In this document: positions 1 through 7,385 of the stretch, piece after piece
How the letters are laid out: every line of letters begins with the position of its first letter
Position numbering within the stretch: position 1 is the first letter of the stretch
DNA from: an uncultured bacterium
GTDB taxonomy: Bacteria > Actinomycetota > Acidimicrobiia > Spongiisociales > ZC4RG35
Direction of reading: 5' to 3'
NCBI GenBank assembly: GCA_963792365.1
Contig: CAWBVW010000006.1
Location: forward strand, 254,908 to 318,907
Length of the DNA: 64,000 nucleotides
The notes under the pieces: generated by a model
Database searches by the model: none
What the model was told of the DNA's origin: nothing
Seen by the model: only the letters and a program-made list of their open reading frames with translations
Translations under genes and position numbers: made by a program

Positions 1-1
1 C

Positions 2-616
2 GAGGCCCACCAGGTCAGAGCGCTGCTCGCGCTGTTGCCGTTGCAACACTCGCGCCGTGACGCCCGGCATCGCCACGGCCACTTGGTGACCCTCGCCCAT
101 CAGGACCGCTCACTGTGGCATCAGAACGAGATACGAGCTGGGCTCGACCTCCTTGCCTCACGCGATCCGGGCGACGGCTACACCGAAGACCTCCGAGTCC
201 AGGCCCTCATCGCCGCGGAGCACGTTCAGGCAGCCACCGCCAAAGAGACCCACTGGGAGACGATCGCCGAGCACTATGCCACGCTCGAAGCGCTCACCGG
301 CTCAGCGATCGTGCGACTGAATCGGGCGGTCGCAGTTGCTGAAGCCCAGGGACCCCGGGCCGGCCTCGATCTCTTGCTGGGACTGGACGAAATCCTTCCC
401 GGCAATCACCGAGTCGCCGCCGTTCGTGCCGAACTCGCCCGGCAAGTCGGTGACGTCGACCTCGCGCGGATCTCCTACAGCAAAGCGGTCGAGCTGTGCA
501 CCAACCAAGTCGAGAGGACTCACCTTCGCGATCGGCTCGACGAGCTCGCAGATGTCTCGGCCGACGCGGTTCTGAGTCGCCGTGGCGGAGAACGAAGCCG
601 GCACGCGCCCTCGTAG
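2..616 (+). CDS. ECF RNA polymerase sigma factor, C-terminal DUF6596/TPR-like extension (ECF42-like); 5' end outside window
   Basis: Frame is open from base 2. Motifs ALLALL..QHSRRDAR, LAHQDRSLW, WETIAEHYATLEALTGSAIVRLNRAVAVAEAQGPRAGL and ARISYSKAVEL..ERTHLRDRL match this family from memory. Confidence 0.75.
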   Translation, partial: EAHQVRALLALLPLQHSRRDARHRHGHLVTLAHQDRSLWHQNEIRAGLDLLASRDPGDGYTEDLRVQALIAAEHVQAATAKETHWETIAEHYATLEALTGSAIVRLNRAVAVAEAQGPRAGLDLLLGLDEILPGNHRVAAVRAELARQVGDVDLARISYSKAVELCTNQVERTHLRDRLDELADVSADAVLSRRGGERSRHAPS

Positions 617-710
617 CGTGGTCATCTCCTCCGGCCTGAGGTGAGCGCTCACGCGCGGACCTGGTCGATTCGCCGGGCAGACCTTCGGAGATATGAGACC
701 CCCAAACCAG

Positions 711-734
711 AGGGCCGCCCCGAAGGGCGGCCCT
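711..734 (-). terminator. GC-rich hairpin downstream of the duplicated tRNA 3' end
   Basis: AGGGCCGCCC-cgaa-GGGCGGCCCT, perfect 10-bp stem; near-identical hairpin at 12283-12302. Confidence 0.65.
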
Positions 735-752
735 GACCTTGTGTTTCTCTTT

Positions 753-799
753 GTCGGGACGGTGGGACTTGAACCCACGACCTCAGCGTCCCGAACGCT
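753..799 (-). repeat. att site: exact 47-bp copy of the tRNA-Pro 3' half (anticodon arm to acceptor stem)
   Basis: GTCGGGACGGTGGGACTTGAACCCACGACCTCAGCGTCCCGAACGCT is identical to 12322-12368; the 5' half of the tRNA is absent here. Confidence 0.92.
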
Positions 800-889
800 C
801 CCGGGATGGATCGAGGCGGACGCCTGCGGACCAAAAACCCCAGTTCAGAGCGTTGCGCCGATACGTGCGGACAGGGGTGGACGTCTACG

Positions 890-911
890 GACGCGCGATA
901 GACGCGCGATG
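890..911 (+). repeat. Tandem 11-bp repeats, candidate integrase arm-type sites (left inner end)
   Basis: GACGCGCGATA-GACGCGCGATG; matching tandem at 12240-12261 inside the opposite end. Confidence 0.55.
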
Positions 912-924
912 GAGCGGGGTTCGG

Positions 925-1206
925 TCACGCCACCTCGAGGAATCTGCGGATCGCCTCGCGGATGATCTCGCTGGTGGTGGTGTGCTCGGCCTCGGCGCGA
1001 GCCTCGATCGCAGCCCGCAGCTCGGGGTCGATACGGACCGGCACCACCTCGGCCGGACCCGACCCCATCGAGGGTCGACCCCGGCGCCGGGTCTTGAGGG
1101 CTTCGACGTCGTAGTCGGTCTCGGCGACCTCGGTGGAGAGGGCATCGATCTCCTTGTCGGTGAGGATGTGGCCGCTTGTCGTGCGATGGGTCTTCGGTTC
1201 GCTCAT
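925..1206 (-). CDS. CopG/ribbon-helix-helix antitoxin
   Basis: GRPSMG...VVPVRIDPELRAAIEARAEAEHTTTSEIIREAIRRFL is an RHH signature; 4-bp overlap with the upstream toxin gene. Confidence 0.8.
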   Translation of the reverse strand: MSEPKTHRTTSGHILTDKEIDALSTEVAETDYDVEALKTRRRGRPSMGSGPAEVVPVRIDPELRAAIEARAEAEHTTTSEIIREAIRRFLEVA

Positions 1207-1466
1207 GGCATGTCCTCCCTGGTTTGTGGGAGCAGGTCGTAGAAGGTCGGTCGGAGGGGCATGGCGTGGATCACCAGGGTGATGTCGTCGGCGAGTTCGA
1301 GCCAGATGATCTCCAGCAGGTTGCCGGCTTTGTCGGGTCCGATAGCGAGGACCTTGGGTGGATCGGCGTCGGGATCGAGATCAATGACGGTGATGGCATG
1401 GTCAAGGGCGTGGCGGATGGCTGCGTCGTCGATACCGTGCTTGCGTGCCGACCGGTGGATCTCCAC
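1203..1466 (-). CDS. Putative type II toxin (RelE/BrnT-like fold) of a toxin-CopG pair
   Basis: 87 aa with SARKHGI...LAIGPDKAGNLLEII...VIHAMPLR; upstream of and overlapping the RHH gene. Confidence 0.65.
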   Translation of the reverse strand: MEIHRSARKHGIDDAAIRHALDHAITVIDLDPDADPPKVLAIGPDKAGNLLEIIWLELADDITLVIHAMPLRPTFYDLLPQTREDMP

Positions 1467-1473
1467 ATCAAAA

Positions 1474-1483
1474 TATTGTAATA
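1474..1483 (-). promoter_or_regulatory. Candidate -10 box and autoregulatory operator of the toxin-CopG operon (likely leaderless)
   Basis: Near-palindrome TATTGTAATA containing TACAAT on the minus strand, ~8 nt before the GTG start. Confidence 0.45.
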
Positions 1484-1554
1484 CGAAAATGGGGTGAAGG
1501 GCCGACCGCCCAACATCTCTGCAGTACGTCTACGTGTCAGCGTGTCGCCCGAAG

Positions 1555-1625
1555 CCGATCCTAGAAGTGCCGATCTGGCGCACACGGCGGAATGGGCGTT
1601 CGTGCTGCGTATTCGGTGATCGGCG
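1555..1625 (+). repeat. ~71-bp intergenic structured repeat, copy A
   Basis: CCGATC-CTAGAA-GTGCCGATCTGGCGCACACGGCGGAATGGGCGTTCGTGCTGCGTATTCGGTGATCGGCG; 50/62 identical to copy B by manual alignment. Confidence 0.85.
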
Positions 1626-1628
1626 CTG

Positions 1629-2099
1629 CTATGTCCAGAGCGGGAGTTCACCGTCTCGGTTAGGCAAGACCCGGGTCAGCCACTCGGTGAAAGTCTGGCT
1701 CCACAAGCTGACACCAGTGGAAGCCTCGTGGATGTACTGAACTGGCGGATCATGCCCAGCGCCGATCTCTACCCAGGCGACGGCACCACTTGGATCCGAC
1801 AGGAATATCGCCACGTTACCGACGAGATCTTGTGGCAGACCAGCGATCTCGAGGGTGCGCCGCATGTGCTCTCCACCTTCCGAGAGGACTTCGCTCCCGA
1901 CTCTTGTACTCGGGAACCACACAGGCCTGAGATCACCGTCTCCAAGCATGACCAGAAACTCATCGAGCGCCGCTGGTAGCGATGGATCGCTGTGTTCTAG
2001 ATCGAGGGGTTCGACACCAACGCCGAGGCGGCGCGCTGCCTCCCCTACCAATCCCCTGACGCGAGTACGCACACCGTCTGCAGACTCAGCTGCCACCAA
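1629..2099 (-). CDS. SMI1/KNR4 (SUKH) family protein, putative immunity protein
   Basis: LPAALDEFL..LGDG at the N-terminus and AIFLSDPSG..AWVEIGAGHDPPV....TFTEWL at the C-terminus are typical of SUKH; stop codon abuts repeat A. Confidence 0.7.
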   Translation of the reverse strand: MVAAESADGVRTRVRGLVGEAARRLGVGVEPLDLEHSDPSLPAALDEFLVMLGDGDLRPVWFPSTRVGSEVLSEGGEHMRRTLEIAGLPQDLVGNVAIFLSDPSGAVAWVEIGAGHDPPVQYIHEASTGVSLWSQTFTEWLTRVLPNRDGELPLWT

Positions 2100-2189
2100 A
2101 CACCATTGCCTCGGATAGTTCTCAAGCTACCACCCCTGAGCACGTACGCCTTGGTGATGCGATGAGCAGGCGGGACAGGTTGTCCATAA

Positions 2190-2263
2190 CCATTCCTCGG
2201 CGTGCCGTTCCCGGACACTCAGCGACATCCGCACTCAGTGACGTGTGCGTGTCGTGATAGAGC
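2190..2263 (+). repeat. Degenerate copy G of the ~71-bp repeat
   Basis: CCATTC-CTCGGC-GTGCCGTTCCCGGACACTCAGCG...GTGATAGAGCG; spacing of the 5' part is conserved, the rest is diverged. Confidence 0.35.
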
Positions 2264-2384
2264 GCACTCGACACCTTCGGCAAGCGTCCGTGCGGAGTCG
2301 TCTGTCAGGATTGCGAGCCGGATCGTCGATCAGGCCGCAGAGATCCGCTCGAGTCTCCGGTGATCTCCAGACTCGTTGATGCAG

Positions 2385-2455
2385 CCGCACCTGGAGGTGC
2401 CGCTCGGCGCTATCTGCCGATGTGAGCGTTTCTGTCCGGGATCAGGTGATCGGCG
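2385..2455 (+). repeat. ~71-bp intergenic structured repeat, copy D
   Basis: CCGCAC-CTGGAG-GTGCCGCTCGGCGCTATCTGCCGATGTGAGCGTTTCTGTCCGGGATCAGGTGATCGGCG. Confidence 0.85.
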
Positions 2456-2484
2456 TGGGTCTTCCCTTGGGCGATTGGGTGTGG

Positions 2485-2494
2485 CACAATTGTG
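2485..2494 (+). promoter_or_regulatory. Palindromic operator / -10 region of the phd-relE operon
   Basis: Perfect palindrome CACAATTGTG at the antitoxin start. Confidence 0.5.
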
Positions 2495-2767
2495 GCCATG
2501 TCAAGTGAATCGTTGCGAACTGTGCGTGACCGCTTCTCGGAGTTCATCGAACGCGTCCAAGCACACCATGAGCGTGTCGTTGTAACCAAGAACGGGACGC
2601 CGGCCGCCGTCCTCATCAGCCCCGAAGACCTCGAATCACTGGAAGAGACCCTTGCGGTGCTGGGTGACGCTGATGCGGTGGCTGAACTCGTCGAGGCCCA
2701 CCGCGCCTATCTGGAAGGCGACGTGGTGCGCGGGGTCGACGCCGTCAGGGCTCTCCGACCCCGGTGA
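2492..2767 (+). CDS. Phd/YefM family antitoxin
   Basis: RDRFSEFIERVQAHHERVVVTKNGTPAAVLISPEDLESLEETL; GTGA overlap with the toxin gene. Confidence 0.92.
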   Translation: MAMSSESLRTVRDRFSEFIERVQAHHERVVVTKNGTPAAVLISPEDLESLEETLAVLGDADAVAELVEAHRAYLEGDVVRGVDAVRALRPR

Positions 2768-3042
2768 CCGAATCCCGGTACGAGATCGTGGTGACCGCGC
2801 CAGCGGCGCGCGCCATCCGCGAGACGCTCCCTGAAGCAGTGGCGTTCGCTGTCATCGACTTCATCACCGGACCGCTACTCGACAACCCGCGGCGGGTAGG
2901 CGGCGCGCTCCGCAACGAGCTGAATGGCGTCTGGAGCGCTCGACGCGGCACCTACCGCATCCTCTACCGCATCGACGACGACCGGCGAGAAGTCATCGTG
3001 CTCCGTGTCGGGCACCGCCGCGACATCTACCGACCGCAGTGA
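2764..3042 (+). CDS. RelE/ParE family toxin
   Basis: YEIVVTAPAAR...LLDNPRRVGGALRNELNGVWSARRGTYRILYRIDDDRREVIVLRVGHRRDIYR. Confidence 0.92.
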   Translation: MTESRYEIVVTAPAARAIRETLPEAVAFAVIDFITGPLLDNPRRVGGALRNELNGVWSARRGTYRILYRIDDDRREVIVLRVGHRRDIYRPQ

Positions 3043-3046
3043 GCGC

Positions 3047-3117
3047 CCGCACAAAGTCGTGCCGATCCAGCGCACCCGGCGAGATGTGCGTTTCTGCTCA
3101 GTATCTGGGGATCTGCG
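3047..3117 (+). repeat. ~71-bp intergenic structured repeat, copy F
   Basis: CCGCAC-AAAGTC-GTGCCGATCCAGCGCACCCGGCGAGATGTGCGTTTCTGCTCAGTATCTGGGGATCTGCG; starts 5 bp after the relE stop. Confidence 0.85.
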
Positions 3118-3126
3118 TTCAATAGG

Positions 3127-3546
3127 ATGTTGGTGATGTCGACGAGAGCGGACTTGGGCGGTGTCGACACGGTGGATGTACCTGGGGTCGTCCTTGCCAT
3201 CACTGCCGTGCTGGCCGCTGCGGCGTCGTTCCTGGTGAAACCAGGGTCGGGTTTCGGTCCGGCTGCAACGGCGCTCGTAGCATGGCTGTCGCTGTTGTTG
3301 GCAGCCTGCTGGGTCGGCTTCGTCGATGAGGGTGCAACAACCTGGCATCGAATGGGCGCCGTGGTGTTCGGCGCAGTATGCGCCGTTGGGTTCATCACAA
3401 CATCCCAATCCGTCTGGGGTCTTACGTTTCCGTCCGTTGCATTGGCGGCGGCGCTGGGTCGGCGGCGATCGTCCCCTCGCTTGGTGGCGGCAGCCGCTTG
3501 GCTTGCCGCCATCGTCTTCGTCGTCCTGGGCAACGTGCTGCCGTGA
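3127..3546 (+). CDS. Hypothetical membrane protein (~4 TM)
   Basis: 139-aa ORF with several hydrophobic segments, lying between repeats F and C. Confidence 0.55.
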   Translation: MLVMSTRADLGGVDTVDVPGVVLAITAVLAAAASFLVKPGSGFGPAATALVAWLSLLLAACWVGFVDEGATTWHRMGAVVFGAVCAVGFITTSQSVWGLTFPSVALAAALGRRRSSPRLVAAAAWLAAIVFVVLGNVLP

Positions 3547-3671
3547 AGCACATTGAGGTGTAGACGTCATCGGTTGTCGCGAAGCACTTGAGATTCGTCT
3601 TCACCAGGCGGTGACGGTCCACCGGCCGGACCGACTTCGCCACGGTGCGTAGCAACGACCCTGTCTCGGAA

Positions 3672-3741
3672 CCGCTCCTGGACGTGCCGCTCGGCGTGGT
3701 TCGCTCAGCGGTGCGATATCGCTCATACCGGGTGATCGGCG
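3672..3741 (+). repeat. ~70-bp intergenic structured repeat, copy C
   Basis: CCGCTC-CTGGAC-GTGCCGCTCGGCGTGGTTCGCTCAGCGGTGCGATATCGCTCATACCGGGTGATCGGCG. Confidence 0.8.
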
Positions 3742-3811
3742 TGCGATCTCGCAGCCCCTTGGCGTTGAGATCGACCGTGGCCTTGTGTGGTGGGTCGGCC
3801 GGGTTGATGGT

Positions 3812-4457
3812 CTATCGGCGGCCGGCTGCGTTCAATTCGGGGTGTTCGCCTCGTGGCCGGAGGCCTGAGAGCTTGTGGGCAGGTCCTCGGATGGTTACGC
3901 CAGATTGACGTGCCCGGTCAGGGGTTATCCGTCCGAGTAGGACGCCGACGACTGGTTCGGTTGGGCCGGTGAGGATGACGTCCGGCTGGCGGGTGCGTCC
4001 GGGCGTGAGCTGCACGCGACCGGCTCGCAACTCGAGAGTGAACACGTCATCGTCGGTGGAGAGTTCGACGGTGAGATCGCTCCGTTTTGGGTCGCGGCCG
4101 TCGAAGCGTGCAAATGACCATGTGGTGGAGCCAGGGTGTCTGGAAGTGATCGTCGCCCCGTGGCCGGGCCATGAGGGGACCGGCCCATCGACCGAGGGCG
4201 TACACGGCGTCACGCAGCTCGTATCCCCAGGCGGTGAGTTCGTATCGTCTGTCTGGGTGCCGTTCGAGCACGCCGGCGTCCGTGAGACTTCGGAGTCGGT
4301 CGGCGAGGAGGTTAGTGGCCATTCCGGGGAGGCCGCTGAGGAGATCGTTGTAGCCCTTGGGGCCGTCCAGGAGCTCCCGGACGATGAGCAACGTCCACCG
4401 CTCTCCGATCACGTCGAGGGCTCGCGCCAGGCCGCAGAACTGCTTGTAGGACCTCAC
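3812..4457 (-). CDS. HxlR-family winged-helix regulator with C-terminal SCP2-like domain; frameshifted near 4115-4120 as given
   Basis: YKQFCGLARALDVIGERWTLLIVRELLDGPKGYNDL (HxlR); continuation ARFDG...VELSTDDDVFTLELRAGRVQLTPGRTRQPDVILTG in the adjacent frame; one extra T in GTCATTTGCA explains the shift. Confidence 0.75.
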
Positions 4458-4528
4458 CTTGTGAATCCTAGCTTGCTAATCTCCAGTGCTACAACTAGAT
4501 AATAGTCAAGCTACGAGAGAGGACAGTC

Positions 4529-4921
4529 GTGAATGCCGCAACCAGAGCAGTCGTCACCGACTACACGACAGCAGTGAGCGACGGCGACTTCGAACGCCTC
4601 ACCCAACTCGTCCATCCCGACGCCACCTTCGGCGGAACGGTCATGACCGAGGCGAAAGGCGTAGAAGCGTTCGTTCAGGGGTTCCGCAACCTCCGTCCGA
4701 TCACCCTGCGCACAGATGTCCGCAACGTGGTGGTTGAAGAGGATCACGCCGCCATCCTCTACGAGCTGGTCACCGACACACCGGTCGGGTCAGTGCTGTG
4801 CTCGGAGTTCCTGACCATCGACACCGACCGGATCCGGGCCAGCACCCTGATATTCGATTGGCGACACTGGCCGCAGGTCCTCGAGGAACTTCGCAGCCGT
4901 GCCACCACGCCTGTCGACTGA
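4529..4921 (+). CDS. SnoaL/NTF2-like protein
   Basis: VVTDYTTAVSDGDFERLTQLVHPDATFGG...GVEAFVQGF...VVVEEDHAAILY; divergent from HxlR. Confidence 0.8.
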   Translation: MNAATRAVVTDYTTAVSDGDFERLTQLVHPDATFGGTVMTEAKGVEAFVQGFRNLRPITLRTDVRNVVVEEDHAAILYELVTDTPVGSVLCSEFLTIDTDRIRASTLIFDWRHWPQVLEELRSRATTPVD

Positions 4922-4931
4922 GGAACCAGGG

Positions 4932-5267
4932 GTGGCCTACGACACGGATCTCGCGGAACGACTTCGAGAAGCGCTATCGAGCGAGCCAGACGTGACGGAG
5001 CGGAAGATGTTCGGCGGCCTTGCCTTCCTCGTCAGGGGTCACATGACCGTCGTGGCCAGCAGCCAGGGCGGGCTGATGATCAGAGCCGACCCCACCACCA
5101 CTGCCACTCTCGTCGAGACGACCCCCGCCGTCTACGCAGAAATGAGGGGACGCACCATGAACGGCTGGCTCCGACTCACTGCGGTAGACGTCGACCCAGA
5201 CGATGAATTCGCACGCTGGATCGACCGGGCCCTCAGCTACACCTCCACGCTACCCCCCAAGCAGTAG
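4932..5267 (+). CDS. TfoX/Sxy N-terminal domain protein
   Basis: MAYDTDLAERLREAL...ERKMFGGLAFLVRGHMTV...GGLMIR...MRGRTMNGWLRL; GTG start chosen after the AGGA RBS. Confidence 0.85.
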   Translation: MAYDTDLAERLREALSSEPDVTERKMFGGLAFLVRGHMTVVASSQGGLMIRADPTTTATLVETTPAVYAEMRGRTMNGWLRLTAVDVDPDDEFARWIDRALSYTSTLPPKQ

Positions 5268-5307
5268 CCACCGACGCCCAGCCTTGCCACACTGGGTGAT
5301 CGCAGCA

Positions 5308-5378
5308 CCGCACTCCGAGGTGCCGATCTAGCGCACTCGGCGGAGTGCTCGTTCGTGTACCCGATTTGGTGATCGGGG
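5308..5378 (+). repeat. ~71-bp intergenic structured repeat, copy B
   Basis: CCGCAC-TCCGAG-GTGCCGATCTAGCGCACTCGGCGGAGTGCTCGTTCGTGTACCCGATTTGGTGATCGGGG. Confidence 0.85.
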
Positions 5379-5404
5379 CTGATCCCAACGGCTAGCTTGC
5401 GGGT

Positions 5405-6067
5405 GTGTTCTCGGATTCGGCGTACGACGCGGCATGGCGTGACCTGGCTCCCATGTTTCGGGTCTGCCTCGACCAGGCTTGGTTATCGCTTGGTTGTCGA
5501 GGTCTTCCCGTCGGGGCCGTGGTCTCGTTCGAGGGTGAGGACATCTCCCGGGGGCGGAATCGGGTGTACGACCCGCCCGGCGGGGATGATCCTCTCCAGC
5601 GCACTCCCGTGGCACATGCTGAGATGAACGCGATCGCGTCGGTGCCGCCCGACTTTGATCTATCCGACTGCCGGTTGTGGACGACTCAGGAACCCTGTTC
5701 GATGTGTAGCGCGGCGATCGACATTGCCGAGATCGCAGGCGTCGGATACCTCGCCTCTGACCCGTCAGCGGCATCAGGGAGCCGGTTCGTCTCATCGGGC
5801 GGATCGGACGACATCTGGATCGTCGTCGCCAATGCGTTGTTCTTGCACAACATCGCCTGGGTAGGGGGCAAAGACAATCCGGTGCTGGAGCGGAACAGGC
5901 TGCATGAGCCCGAGGTGGTGTCGTTGGCTCTGAACTTCGTTGAGCACGGCTCGCTCATCGTCCCGGCGGCCCGTGGAGCGTCGATCGAGGAGACGCTTGG
6001 TGAGCTCTGGGTGCAGTTGGAGGAGACTTCGCTGAGGCGTCGTAGCCGGCTCCGCTCCAGTTCTTGA
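5405..6067 (+). CDS. Zinc-dependent nucleoside deaminase (cytidine/dCMP deaminase superfamily)
   Basis: AHAEMNA and EPCSMC zinc-binding motifs. Confidence 0.85.
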   Translation: MFSDSAYDAAWRDLAPMFRVCLDQAWLSLGCRGLPVGAVVSFEGEDISRGRNRVYDPPGGDDPLQRTPVAHAEMNAIASVPPDFDLSDCRLWTTQEPCSMCSAAIDIAEIAGVGYLASDPSAASGSRFVSSGGSDDIWIVVANALFLHNIAWVGGKDNPVLERNRLHEPEVVSLALNFVEHGSLIVPAARGASIEETLGELWVQLEETSLRRRSRLRSSS

Positions 6068-6087
6068 CCCGCCGTACGCTCCAAGAC

Positions 6088-6158
6088 CCAAGCGCATCAG
6101 TGCCGCTATGCGTGGCTCCGGCGTTGGCGTGTTATCGCTCGGGATCGGGCGATCGGCG
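6088..6158 (+). repeat. ~71-bp intergenic structured repeat, copy E (left arm degenerate)
   Basis: GTGCCGCTATGCGTGGCTCCGGCGTTGGCGTGTTATCGCTCGGGATCGGGCGATCGGCG at 6100-6158, the same 59-nt core length as A, B, D and F. Confidence 0.75.
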
Positions 6159-6317
6159 TGGACAAGGGGAGGGTGGAAGGCATGGCGTGTACGTTGGGGT
6201 CGATGGTTGCCAATCCGTTCGATCCGTAAGGACGGCTCGTCGGTTTGCCGGGGGTCGCCCCGACTACTCGACCTTCGTGTCGAACATTGGCCGAAAACTG
6301 ACCGGTAGCATCCCACG

Positions 6318-7226
6318 ATGGCGACCTACCACCCCGATCTGACCAAGGCACGGTTCTATCCGCCATCACTCGGCCTTCCCCGAACGCTGCCCTTCTTCCG
6401 CGCCATCGAGGCGCTTCAGAAGCGCTTCATCACTCCAAAGGCACGCAAGGTGTCGGTCAGCGAAACCGCCGATGTCTACTACGTCGGTCCGCCGTCAGGA
6501 CGCAGGCCCGCCCCGGCGCTGCTGTGGATACACGGCGGCGGCATGGTGGTCGGGACCGCCGTCACGGAGTTCTCGCTGACCCACAAGCGGTACATCCCCC
6601 ACATTGATATGGCGATGGCCTTCGTCGAATACCGCCTTGCCCCCAAACACCCGTTCCCGGCAGCGATGGACGACTGTGCCGCAGCGCTGGCGTGGTTGGC
6701 CGATCAACCCGATGTCGACCCCAGCCGCATCGCCATCGGTGGCCCCAGCGCAGGTGGCGGCCTGGCCGCAGGACTGGCTCTACGAGCTCGAGATGAGATG
6801 GGCGTCAAACCCGTCTTCCAAATGCTGATCTACCCGATGATCGACGACCGCACCGCCCAGCGAACAGACCTGGACGACATGCCGGTCAAGCTGTGGAACC
6901 AGACCTGCAACCGCTTCGGCTGGTCCTCGTACCTGGCTGGTGCCACGGGCGACGACGTGCACCCACACGCTGCACCATCCCGCGCCGAAGACCTGTCCGG
7001 CCTACCGCCGGCGTGGATCGGAGTCGGCACGTTGGACCTGTTTCACGACGAAGACGTCGAGTACGCTCGACGCCTGCAGGAGGCTGGCGTGCCCTGTGAA
7101 CTGAAGGTGGTCGAGGGCGGCTACCACGGCTTCGAGGCGGCGCTCAGCGCCCCGGTTGTGCAGGACTTCCACCGCAGCCAGATCGACGCACTCAGGGCGG
7201 CGTTTGATCCAGACCCGGCAGGCTGA
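6318..7226 (+). CDS. Alpha/beta hydrolase (HSL-family esterase/lipase)
   Basis: HGGG oxyanion motif, GPSAGG nucleophile elbow, D..HDE and YHGF catalytic motifs. Confidence 0.92.
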   Translation: MATYHPDLTKARFYPPSLGLPRTLPFFRAIEALQKRFITPKARKVSVSETADVYYVGPPSGRRPAPALLWIHGGGMVVGTAVTEFSLTHKRYIPHIDMAMAFVEYRLAPKHPFPAAMDDCAAALAWLADQPDVDPSRIAIGGPSAGGGLAAGLALRARDEMGVKPVFQMLIYPMIDDRTAQRTDLDDMPVKLWNQTCNRFGWSSYLAGATGDDVHPHAAPSRAEDLSGLPPAWIGVGTLDLFHDEDVEYARRLQEAGVPCELKVVEGGYHGFEAALSAPVVQDFHRSQIDALRAAFDPDPAG

Positions 7227-7340
7227 GCGCCGCCTCAACAACCTCGATCTCGATGTCGCCAAGCCAGCCTGGCTCCGCCATGTAGCAGCCGACAACTGAA
7301 GATATCGTGCGATTGACGGTCTCGAGGAAACCCCTCCCGA

Positions 7341-7385
7341 CCGAGCGCTGACGGGCCGCTATGGGCGCCTGTCTGCTCGTGGCTC
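7341..7385 (+). repeat. Truncated/degenerate copy H of the ~71-bp repeat
   Basis: CCGAGC-GCTGAC-GGGCCGCTATG keeps the 6-N6-G.GCCG spacing and resembles copy E; the 3' end is missing. Confidence 0.35.

Noticed and set aside
753-799. A second functional tRNA
   Set aside because: Only the 3' half is present and the CCA end is mutated to CAA; it is an att remnant.
4469-4513. 7-bp inverted repeat TAGCTTG/CAAGCTA between HxlR and SnoaL as an operator
   Set aside because: Short with a long spacer; cannot be distinguished from chance without homologues.
1555-5378. Repeats as fragments of a coding motif (e.g. ADHRIRSTNAHSAVCARSA)
   Set aside because: Stops occur in some copies and differences are not biased to synonymous positions.
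1555-6158. Calling the ~71-bp repeats a CRISPR array
   Set aside because: Copies are about 80% identical at best and 600-1700 bp apart with whole genes between them; there are no cas genes.
1555-6158. Calling the repeats canonical integron attC or actinobacterial dif sites
   Set aside because: There are no RYYYAAC/GTTRRRY ends and no IntI. The reverse strand shares only CGCCGAT with the actinobacterial dif arm as I recall it, and the XerD-side arm is absent.
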